64,000 bases of DNA from a virus. The notes beneath the pieces were generated by a model that was given only the letters and a program-made list of their open reading frames with translations, had not been told where the DNA came from and searched no databases. Position 1 is the first letter of the stretch. The number at the start of each line of letters is the position of its first letter. The position numbers and the translations under genes were made by a program. The stretch is from IMG/VR virus record IMGVR_UViG_3300046463_000247, positions 1-64,000 of that record. The stretch is one strand, 5' to 3'. Of the stretch, positions 56,271-64,000 are shown in pieces.

Positions 56271-57572
56271 TTAGCGCTTGTGGAACGCGGAGTCGAAGCC
56301 ATTCCAGAATCGGTCTGTATCGGCTTCGCTCTTTCGTACCGCTTCCTGCGCACCTTCTTCAGCAGCCGGGGCGTCACCGGGCGTAGCGCCTGCAACCACC
56401 GCCGACTTCACAGCAGAGGCAGCGTTATCCGCCTTGCTTGCCACCTGCTTGACCTGGCCTTCAAGCTCACCGTGCTTTTGGGTCAGGGTTTCGAGACCTT
56501 CCTTGATCGGGGCAATCGCCTTCGCGATGCTCGATTCAATCGACGCCAGCAAGCCAGCGTGGGCCTCTGCCTGCGGTGCCACAGCCGGGTCAGCCTGAAC
56601 CGGAGCGCCCGCAGCCGGAGCGGCACCCTCAGCAGCGCCCGTGTCGGTTGCGCCAGCGGCAGCGGTATTCGCGCCTTCCGTCTGGGCTTCCGTACCGGCA
56701 GCAGCCTGGGTAGCCGACGTGTCTGCGGTGCCCGGGGCATCCGTCTGTTCACCTTCGGACTTCTTTGCCTTCTTCGCGGCGTTGGCCTTCGACCACTTCG
56801 TCTTGTCGTCCTTCGACATGGCGTCCCAGTCTGCTTTCGTGCCACCGCCCGCGATGTAGTCGGCCTGATCGTCGTCGCCGTCACCGTCCGGGTCCTTGGC
56901 CGAAGCCTTCGACTTGGACTTGTCGGCCTTGATCGCTTCACCGATTTCCTTTTCCAGCTTCCATGCGACGCTCGGCACCGCCTTTACCAGCGTCGTGACG
57001 TACGTCTCGAACTTCTGCACCGCGTCGGAGATTGCCGTTTCGGCAGCAGCCTGGTCTTCCGAGGCGTAGCAGGCGTTGCGGACCGTGGTGCCCAGCGCGT
57101 CGGTGGCGGTGCTCACGCCCGAGTAGAAGCTGCACGCGGCCAGCACTTCGTTGAAGTCCTTCGAGCTATCGAGACCTGACGACCACAGTTGCATGCCCTT
57201 GACCACCAGGCAGACTTCCTCGCTCAGGCGGACCAGCTTGAACTGGCCTTCTGCCGGGACTTCCTTCGACAGCATGACGGTGCCGTCTTCGTTCTTCTGA
57301 ACGGTGGACAGGTCACCCAGACCCAGTTCCGCGAGCTTCGCGGTCGTGGCTTCACCCGGCTCGGCGTCGAACACCACGCCAGCGATAGTCGGAGCTTCCG
57401 GCTTCTTTTCGCCCTTGAATACGTGGCGCAGATTCGACAGGTCGATCATCGGTTCTTCCTTTTCGGATTTGGTGATACGGATCGGGATTCGGTTGGCGGC
57501 ACGACGCACCAGACTGATCTGTCGAACGTCTGCGTTCTTCATTTCCTGCATCGTCGTTTTTTCTTGAGCCAT
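56271..57572 (-). CDS. scaffolding-like protein
   Basis: ISLVRRAAN N-terminus, disordered and coiled-coil C-half, directly upstream of the capsid gene. Confidence 0.65.
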   Translation of the reverse strand: MAQEKTTMQEMKNADVRQISLVRRAANRIPIRITKSEKEEPMIDLSNLRHVFKGEKKPEAPTIAGVVFDAEPGEATTAKLAELGLGDLSTVQKNEDGTVMLSKEVPAEGQFKLVRLSEEVCLVVKGMQLWSSGLDSSKDFNEVLAACSFYSGVSTATDALGTTVRNACYASEDQAAAETAISDAVQKFETYVTTLVKAVPSVAWKLEKEIGEAIKADKSKSKASAKDPDGDGDDDQADYIAGGGTKADWDAMSKDDKTKWSKANAAKKAKKSEGEQTDAPGTADTSATQAAAGTEAQTEGANTAAAGATDTGAAEGAAPAAGAPVQADPAVAPQAEAHAGLLASIESSIAKAIAPIKEGLETLTQKHGELEGQVKQVASKADNAASAVKSAVVAGATPGDAPAAEEGAQEAVRKSEADTDRFWNGFDSAFHKR

Positions 57573-57596
57573 TGCCGCCTCTGAAAATGTGAGCGG

Positions 57597-57626
57597 ATTT
57601 TACGGTAGCGTTTTCGTACCTAACAA
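57597..57626 (-). promoter_or_regulatory. class II (late-type) promoter
   Basis: TTGTTA-N18-TAAAAT. Confidence 0.6.
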
Positions 57627-57627
57627 A

Positions 57628-58254
57628 TCATTCCGGTACGATTTCAATGGAATCGACAGCAGAGAAGCGGTGACGGTGCGCGGTATCGCCCGCTTCCTCG
57701 GTGATCGTGCCCGCGAGGATCACGTGCACATGCCCTTCCACCATGTCCGTGCGCCCGCCGAGGAACTTGCCATCGTCGTCATAGGCGACGTAAAACTTGT
57801 GCTCGTGCTCGACGCCGGATTCACTCTTGGTCGTCATGCCGGAGACAATCGGCGGAATGTTCAGCGTCACCTCGCGCTCTTCGCGCACCACCAGCGCCTC
57901 CATCGACAGCCCGTTGATTTCACCCTTCTTCACCATGTCCCACAGGTCGTCGTCCGGGATGTGGATGCCCACCACCCACGCGCCTTCGATGAAGTCGGGG
58001 TCTCCCTTGCGCGCGATGAACGACTCCACCACCGCGCACGAGGTGTTCTTGTTGTCGTGGAAAACATCGACGCAGTGCATGTCCCCCTTCTTCGCGAAGC
58101 GGTGCGCCATTGCCTCGATCTCGTCGGCGACCATGAATTCGCCGTCCGCATCGGGTCGGTTCGGGGCGTACACGGTGGAGAAGATCAGGCGCTTTTCCGG
58201 CTCGGCGTTCTCGTCCTTGACGACGAGTTCGTGGACTTGCGGCACTTCAGGCAT
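57628..58254 (-). CDS. XkdF-like prohead protease
   Basis: VYAP..PD.DGE, D.FH, VVESFIAR, GAWV, KGEINGLS. Confidence 0.85.
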   Translation of the reverse strand: MPEVPQVHELVVKDENAEPEKRLIFSTVYAPNRPDADGEFMVADEIEAMAHRFAKKGDMHCVDVFHDNKNTSCAVVESFIARKGDPDFIEGAWVVGIHIPDDDLWDMVKKGEINGLSMEALVVREEREVTLNIPPIVSGMTTKSESGVEHEHKFYVAYDDDGKFLGGRTDMVEGHVHVILAGTITEEAGDTAHRHRFSAVDSIEIVPE

Positions 58255-58300
58255 GACTAGACTCCGTGCAATTGATTGCAGCGGAATCTAGCAGAGAGGA

Positions 58301-58459
58301 TCACTTCGGAACAACGATTTGCTTCGCTTTATCGGCGTCAAAGCTGAGTTTCGCGGCCAGTGCGCGGGTGGCGTCCGGGTCAGGCGGGGGCACGAGCTTC
58401 AGCAGCACCTCGTCGGCTACGTCGTCCTTGCCGTTCTTCGCTCGAAAAGTGGGCTTCAC
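58301..58459 (-). CDS. small hypothetical protein (52 aa)
   Basis: GTG overlaps the upstream TGA; hand-translated MKPTFRAKNGKDDVADEVLLKLVPP.. Confidence 0.5.
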   Translation of the reverse strand: MKPTFRAKNGKDDVADEVLLKLVPPPDPDATRALAAKLSFDADKAKQIVVPK

Positions 58460-60066
58460 AGAATCTCCTTGTACTGCTTGACCGCCGCCTTATCGGACAG
58501 GTCCAGCGTCAGTTCGAGGTCCACGCCGTCCAGCAGAAGCTGGTACAACGGTCGCCCGTCGATCTCGATGGCAAGCGTCATCAGGTCCGCGAGGCCGCGC
58601 ACGCTCGACTGGTTCAGCACCGCCTCCACGAACGCAAGCTGCACCTGGTTCAGCTTTCCTGCAATTGATTGCAACCGGCCACCCGGCTCCATGCCGTCCA
58701 GAATCTGAGCACGCAGCCCGTACCAGTCCGACAGTGACGGCGCGTAGCCCATCGTCGTGTAGGCGGCAATCGACGCGGCGCTGGTCGCGCTGACGACGAT
58801 CTGGTTGAGCCCGCCTGACTGCGCGACGTGCAGGATGCCCGCCTCTACGCGCTTGAAGAAAGGCAGGATCGTGTCCGGCGCGAGCTTCTGGAACTCGATG
58901 TATGACTTGTAGAGCGTGCCGCTGTACGGGTCGATCACGATGGAGGCACCGACCGTGCCGTCGCCGAGCTTGTGCTTGGTCGTGACGGTGATGTCGCCGC
59001 CCGGCGCGATCTTGATCGGCGTCTTGTTGATCAGCGACCCTTCGAGGATGTCGAGCGGCTGCACTCCGGCCACCTCAGCGACGACCGCGACCGGCGACAG
59101 CGGCAGGTACGCATTCCAGTGATCCAGTTGCGCGGTGTCCACCTTCACGCCCAGTTCGGTGAAGGCGTCGGCGTCCACGTGCTGCTTCGGAATCACCTGC
59201 TCTTCTGCCGTGACGACCGGCGCTTGCAGCTTTGGGGCCTGCCCGGTGCGGATCAGGATGGTCCGGCAGTTCGGGTGAAACGGCGGGATCATCAGCCCTT
59301 CCTCGGTCAGTTGCGCCGCCGACATGTCGCGGTAACGCCCCATTGAGGTCTTGTCCTGCTTCGGCCATGGCTGGGCCGCTTTTACCGCGTCCGGTGTATC
59401 GAGCGACAGGATGTGGACGATGGATGCCCGCGCGTCGGCGACGCGGAAGCGCTTGCCATTGATCGCGCGACAAAACTCGGACGTGCGTCCGTCCATGACG
59501 GCGGATAGCTCGTACTCTTCGATGCCCAGCAGTTCGGCTTCTGCGGTGAAGCCCCACGTAGCCAGACGGCTACTATGGAGCGACGAAGCCAGCTTGATCG
59601 TGTCATTCCCTTCCTCTGCGAACGAAACGAAGTCCTTGACGAAGCGTTCGGCCTTCTTGACGGTGCTGTTGGCCTCGACCCAGTTTGCAATTGATTGCAA
59701 CGCGGCCTTCACGACGGCCTGCGAGCCGTTGTACTTCAAGCCCTGCGTGAAGTTGTCGGCGACGGTGTTCAGCAGCGTGTCGAACTTGCCGACCCCGACA
59801 AAGGTCTTGCTCGCGTCGTGCGCGGCGTTCCCGGCCCCATAGACGGCCATCGCCCGCAGCAGGTACTTGATGTACTCGCGGTTTTTCGTCGCCACCGGGG
59901 TCATGTCGATAGCGTGCGCTTCGGTGTAGGCCCCGGCGAGGTCGTTGGCCTTCAGCCTGGCCGCGATAGCCTGGTAGTACGACGCTGCCAGCGGTTGCCA
60001 CGTGCGGCGCAGCCGTTGGGTAAGCGCCGTCTCCAGCGCCAGATAGGTTCGGAAGTCCTGTGCCAT
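58456..60066 (-). CDS. minor head protein (MuF/SPP1 gp7-like) with C-terminal extension
   Basis: D.RTS.FC..NGK and PPFHPNCRT; follows portal. Confidence 0.8.
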   Translation of the reverse strand: MAQDFRTYLALETALTQRLRRTWQPLAASYYQAIAARLKANDLAGAYTEAHAIDMTPVATKNREYIKYLLRAMAVYGAGNAAHDASKTFVGVGKFDTLLNTVADNFTQGLKYNGSQAVVKAALQSIANWVEANSTVKKAERFVKDFVSFAEEGNDTIKLASSLHSSRLATWGFTAEAELLGIEEYELSAVMDGRTSEFCRAINGKRFRVADARASIVHILSLDTPDAVKAAQPWPKQDKTSMGRYRDMSAAQLTEEGLMIPPFHPNCRTILIRTGQAPKLQAPVVTAEEQVIPKQHVDADAFTELGVKVDTAQLDHWNAYLPLSPVAVVAEVAGVQPLDILEGSLINKTPIKIAPGGDITVTTKHKLGDGTVGASIVIDPYSGTLYKSYIEFQKLAPDTILPFFKRVEAGILHVAQSGGLNQIVVSATSAASIAAYTTMGYAPSLSDWYGLRAQILDGMEPGGRLQSIAGKLNQVQLAFVEAVLNQSSVRGLADLMTLAIEIDGRPLYQLLLDGVDLELTLDLSDKAAVKQYKEIL

Positions 60067-61982
60067 CAGTGGACGTGGTTGCACTCTGCGAGGTGGATCA
60101 GGTCCGGCGTGCTGCCGCCGAACGACAGCGCGGCGACCATCGAGTAGAACGCGTGCTTTTCGTCCCCCTCTAGGTCGTCCACCTCGGCCAGCACCTCAGA
60201 CTTCTCGGCGTCCGACAGTTCGTGCTTCAGCGCAATGGTGCCGCGCACGCCCGCGTAGTCCATCGCCAGTTGCAGCAGTTCACCGCCGCCCTTCTTGGCC
60301 TTGCCAGGGGCTTTGCCCGCCGTGGTAGTAGCGGTGGCCGTGTCCTTGCCGTTCGCGGGCGCGGTGGGCTTGCCAGAGGCTTTCGCCGGGGTCGCCGCCT
60401 TGGCCTGGGCCGCAGCGGTGGCCTTGCCCTCGGTCGGGGTCGGCTTGCCGGGGGCCTGGTTGGGCGTGACCGGGTTCTGGCCCGGCACCATCGCCTCGGT
60501 GATCGTCACGCGGTCCGGCGCGGCGTTCGGGTCGTACTTCAGGTTCGTGCCGCTGATCTGGTTCACTTCCTTCACGAAAGTCGCGCCGTCCGACAGGTCC
60601 TTGGCGAGCGTAAGGCCCTTGATCTGGCTGTCCACGTTCTTCAGCGTGATCCCGTTCGACTTCATCAGAATGTCGGTGCAGCCCAGCGCTTTCATGATCG
60701 TGGAATTCATCGTCGCGTCGAACTCCGCACGCTCCGGCTGGAACACCTGCTCTTCGGCGACCATGTAGGCGACCACAGCGGTGGCGTAGTTGTAGTCGGC
60801 AGCACGGCCCGTGAAGAGCGGCGGCAGGCGGAAGCCCGTGCGCACGTGATCCTCAGCGGCCTTATCGTAGTTGGCGAACATGTTGTCGCCACCGGCCTGC
60901 GAGCCGAAGCGCTCGACCTTGACCTGCACCGACCCGGCGCTATCGAGCGTGCCCGACGTGGACTGGGCCTCAACCACGACTGCGCGGTTCTTGCTCTTGT
61001 TCTTGCCGGACAGGTAGTTCCGAAGCTGGTCGCTGGTCGAGCCCGCGAGCGAGCCACCCTGCACGAAGATGATTGCAGGCGGCAGGCCACCCGAATCGAA
61101 GAACTCCAGGTTCTGCTCTTCGGCCTTGCGCGAGCCGACCACAGACGGAAGCTGGTTGATCCAGCGCGGCGTGAAGTAGCTCGATTCCACGTCCGGGTTG
61201 ACGCCGAACATGATCACTTCGGTTGCGCGGTCCTGCGGCTGGACGGGCGCGGTATTGCTTTCCCACTCGCCGGTCTTCTTGTTCAACTGGCGGCTCGCCC
61301 CGAACTCGCGGTAGTAGGTCTGGTTCTTCGAGTAGCGCGTCATGTAGCGCCGTTCGCGGTCCAGCATCGTGATCGGAACATCGACGCCGTTGCGCTCGAC
61401 CGACCGGGTGACCTCGACCGGCTCGTCCAGCTTCACAAGGCGCGTGTGCACCGCCGACAGATGCCGCAGCGCGACGACCTCGCCTTCGAGGTTGCGCAGC
61501 ACTTCGAGGAACGAGTAGCCGACGCTCTCGATCTCGCGGCGCAGCAACCGGCGAATCTGCTGGAAGGTCTTGCCCGGAAAAGGCTCGTTGAAGAACGACT
61601 TGGCGATCTTGAGTTGCTTCGCGTCTGGTTGCTTGGTTTCATCCTTGGCGACGAACTCATGGCCGGTCGAATCGACGTTGACTTCCATCGCCTCGATGCA
61701 CTGGTTCAGGATGTTGTTGCGCGTCGCCAGGCCCATCAGCACCTTCGGCTGGAAGGGCGGGCGCAGCACGACGGCGGACGAACTGCTCGCCGTGAAGTAC
61801 AGACCCGCGAACTCGTCCTCCGGCGCATAGGCGCTATCGGCCAGCACCATATAGGTGTCGCCGCCGATGACCTTCTGGATCGGAGTCAGTTTGGAACTGG
61901 GTTTGGGCTTCGAGGGCGTGCTGGTCGGGCGCGTCGGGTTGCCCGAGTCAGACGTGTCGATGCTGTTCGTTTTGCCTGCCAT
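60066..61982 (-). CDS. portal protein (PBSX family)
   Basis: GY..LEV.RN..G, PRW, FF..GG.P, FRLPP..G..YNYATA. Confidence 0.85.
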   Translation of the reverse strand: MAGKTNSIDTSDSGNPTRPTSTPSKPKPSSKLTPIQKVIGGDTYMVLADSAYAPEDEFAGLYFTASSSSAVVLRPPFQPKVLMGLATRNNILNQCIEAMEVNVDSTGHEFVAKDETKQPDAKQLKIAKSFFNEPFPGKTFQQIRRLLRREIESVGYSFLEVLRNLEGEVVALRHLSAVHTRLVKLDEPVEVTRSVERNGVDVPITMLDRERRYMTRYSKNQTYYREFGASRQLNKKTGEWESNTAPVQPQDRATEVIMFGVNPDVESSYFTPRWINQLPSVVGSRKAEEQNLEFFDSGGLPPAIIFVQGGSLAGSTSDQLRNYLSGKNKSKNRAVVVEAQSTSGTLDSAGSVQVKVERFGSQAGGDNMFANYDKAAEDHVRTGFRLPPLFTGRAADYNYATAVVAYMVAEEQVFQPERAEFDATMNSTIMKALGCTDILMKSNGITLKNVDSQIKGLTLAKDLSDGATFVKEVNQISGTNLKYDPNAAPDRVTITEAMVPGQNPVTPNQAPGKPTPTEGKATAAAQAKAATPAKASGKPTAPANGKDTATATTTAGKAPGKAKKGGGELLQLAMDYAGVRGTIALKHELSDAEKSEVLAEVDDLEGDEKHAFYSMVAALSFGGSTPDLIHLAECNHVH

Positions 61983-62009
61983 TTGCGCCTCTTTACGGAA
62001 GAATGGCGC

Positions 62010-62039
62010 ATTCTACGGTAGCGGCTCGATGGCGAACAA
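62010..62039 (-). promoter_or_regulatory. class II (late-type) promoter
   Basis: TTGTTC-N18-TAGAAT upstream of portal. Confidence 0.55.
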
Positions 62040-62041
62040 GC

Positions 62042-62075
62042 AAAAAAGAGGGGCCACCCGGTACATGAGTGGCCC
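62042..62075 (-). terminator. intrinsic terminator after polymerase gene
   Basis: GGGGCCAC...GTGGCCCC-TCTTTTTT. Confidence 0.75.
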
Positions 62076-62197
62076 CGAAGCATGCCGTGGGCGGGGAGCC
62101 CTGCCGCACAACCAACTGCATTTTGCAATCAATTGCACAACGGTAGAGATTCTACAGGCAGCGGCGGATTCTGCAAACAACCGAAAAGTTCTGGGAA

Positions 62198-64000
62198 TCA
62201 GACTTTCAGTTTCAGTTCCGCCATGTTTTTGCCCGCCTTCCCATCGGCAGTGAATTTAAGCTGCGGGTGCCAATTCACGGTTTCGAACGGAAGATTTTCC
62301 ATCAGTTCGATCTCGCGCTTCGCGTAGAACTCCCAGTTGTCCTCGGGGATGTACGTGTACTTCGCGTCGTGCACCGCGCCGAATGCCGGGCAGGTCTTGG
62401 TCCAGCCGTTCTTGTGCGCGAGCGCGAACGTCCACAGCATCATGTCGGACAGCGTGGACTGGATCGGCGAGTTGATCGCCTGGCGTTCGGCCCCGCTGCG
62501 TACCATCCGGTTCGGCGAGTTGATCAGCGGCAGGTGGCGGATACGGCCCAGCGGCGAGCGCACCATGCCGGTCTTGCTGGCCTCACGCTTGTAGTTGCGG
62601 TGGTACACCGGCAGCATCTGGTACGTGTTGAAGAACTGGTTACGGAAGTCTTCCGCCTCTTCCATCTTCAGCGACACGCCATAGTTGGTCTCCGCGTACG
62701 CATGGAAGCCCTGCGCCGACATCCCGTAGATCAGACCGAAGTTGCCTGCCTTGCCAAGCTGGCGGGTTGCCTCGTACAGCGCCACCTCGTCGGGGTCGTC
62801 GCTGTTCTTCATCGCCATCATCCGCTCGTACGTGTAGCCCGCGAAGTTGCCGGACGTGATCGCGTGCAGGTCCTTGCCGTTGCGGTACGCGTCGATCATC
62901 GTGGGCTCGTCGGCCACACAGGCGATCACCTTCAGTTCGCCCTGCGAGTAGTCGTTCTCCAGGATCAGGTAGCCCTCGGGCGCGATGAAGCACTTGCGCA
63001 GCTTCTTCGCCCATTTGGTGTGCTTCGGGATCGTCTGGAAGGCGGGGTCCTTGCACGAGAGCCGCCCGGTCACGGTGCCGCCCTCGCCCTCGTCGCGGTT
63101 GCCCGCGAAGAAGTAATAGCTGGGGTGAAAGCGCCCGTCGCTGCGTATGTGCTTCTGGAACCCGTGCACGTAGGTCGAGAGGGTCTTGGCCGCGCTCGAA
63201 TAGTCCGACAGCAGCGCAATGAACGGCGCGGCGCGCTCGTCCTTCTTGAACATCATCAGGTGCTCTTCTGCCGTCGAAGGCTTGCCGCTTTTCTCGGTCA
63301 TCATCTTCGGCTTCAGATTCAGACCTTGGGGCGTGAACATGAAGTCGTTCAGCAGCGATGCCTTCGTGATGTTCAGCCCACCAGGCTTCGAATCGTCCCA
63401 GTGCTTCGCGACGAGGTGCCCGCCCAGGTGGCGCTTCGCCTCGACAGTCAGCTTCGCCATTTCGGTCACGAGGTCCGCTTCCAGTTCCTTGTACGCGTCC
63501 ATGTCCACCAGCACGCCACCCTGCTCGATGGCCTCGAACGAACGCGCGGCTGGGTGCAGGATGTTGACGTAGAAGCGGGTCAGCGCCTCGTCTTTCAGCA
63601 GTTCCTCCTTCATCACCTTGCGCACGCGCAGCCCCGCGTCGGTGTCGCCCCCGGCGTAGCCCAGCAGCCGGTCGTCAGGTGGTAGCTTGTCCATGCGCGA
63701 CTTGTCCACGATCCGGTCGAACTCGTCGGAGTAGCCCCCCATCGTCGTGTAAATCTTCGCGTGGATGTCGAGCCCGTTGGAGCGGTTTTCGTCCAGCAGC
63801 GAGCCTACCAGTGTCGAGTCGAAGCGGAAGTTGCCGCAGTGCAGCCCACCCCACACCGCGAGCCAGTGCAGGTCGAACTTCAGGTTCGCACCGCCCATGC
63901 TGATCTTCGGGCTGTTCAGCAGTTCGCCCATCATCACGGCGTTGTCGAAGTTGCTGAACCACGCGATGCACTCGTCACGCGACTTGAAGTGGATCAGGTC
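62198..64000 (-). CDS. polA: family A DNA polymerase (5' part beyond window)
   Basis: NLKFD, YAGGD (exonuclease), TVTGRLS, DYSQGEL, GKAGNFGLIYG, VHD. Confidence 0.95.
   Translation of the reverse strand, partial: DLIHFKSRDECIAWFSNFDNAVMMGELLNSPKISMGGANLKFDLHWLAVWGGLHCGNFRFDSTLVGSLLDENRSNGLDIHAKIYTTMGGYSDEFDRIVDKSRMDKLPPDDRLLGYAGGDTDAGLRVRKVMKEELLKDEALTRFYVNILHPAARSFEAIEQGGVLVDMDAYKELEADLVTEMAKLTVEAKRHLGGHLVAKHWDDSKPGGLNITKASLLNDFMFTPQGLNLKPKMMTEKSGKPSTAEEHLMMFKKDERAAPFIALLSDYSSAAKTLSTYVHGFQKHIRSDGRFHPSYYFFAGNRDEGEGGTVTGRLSCKDPAFQTIPKHTKWAKKLRKCFIAPEGYLILENDYSQGELKVIACVADEPTMIDAYRNGKDLHAITSGNFAGYTYERMMAMKNSDDPDEVALYEATRQLGKAGNFGLIYGMSAQGFHAYAETNYGVSLKMEEAEDFRNQFFNTYQMLPVYHRNYKREASKTGMVRSPLGRIRHLPLINSPNRMVRSGAERQAINSPIQSTLSDMMLWTFALAHKNGWTKTCPAFGAVHDAKYTYIPEDNWEFYAKREIELMENLPFETVNWHPQLKFTADGKAGKNMAELKLKV

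Larger units (their letters stand above)
1085..62137. repeat. dispersed 14-bp quasi-palindrome TGCAAT(TG/CA)ATTGCA, 28 exact copies
   Basis: Starts at 1085, 2156, 5203, 7157, 10683, 11642, 12889, 15253, 20255, 22141, 22391, 23427, 25168, 27912, 28622, 30310, 31775, 36577, 43268, 46728, 51459, 53319, 54042, 55189, 58267, 58660, 59686, 62124; one 1-mismatch copy at 40079. Manual count, may be incomplete. Confidence 0.95.

Noticed and set aside
1085-62137. 14-bp repeat as a CRISPR array, REP element or IS end
   Set aside because: Dispersed kilobases apart, too short, no regular spacers, and no transposase or target duplications seen.

Overview
This window is 64 kb of a GC-rich tailed dsDNA phage or prophage with a long non-contractile tail, probably infecting a betaproteobacterium (inferred from the H-NS type and GC content). 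Essentially all real genes are on the minus strand. In transcription order (right to left): family A DNA polymerase; head module (PBSX-type portal, MuF-like minor head, XkdF-like protease, scaffold, major capsid); tail module (tube, frameshifted chaperone, 1499-aa tape measure, tail tip, three paralogous fibre-like proteins); lysis module (holin, GH24 endolysin, embedded Rz/Rz1 spanins); AAA ATPase and dCMP deaminase; replication/recombination block (initiator, loader, DnaB, primase, SSB, SF2 helicase, RecA, nucleases, RuvC); and an accessory block (AsnB-like PP-loop enzyme, two ParB-domain proteins, one fused to a methyltransferase, H-NS, Lar). No terminase or integrase is recognisable in the window. 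Two non-coding signals stand out. First, a 14-bp quasi-palindrome TGCAAT-(TG/CA)-ATTGCA occurs in 28 exact copies, 16 intergenic and 12 inside genes as (L/V)Q(S/L)IA in rare codons, suggesting a genome-wide protein-binding system. Second, a ~650-nt heavily base-paired region without a credible gene at 10080-10730 looks like a large structured ncRNA. Product calls come from motif recognition by eye, not database searches.
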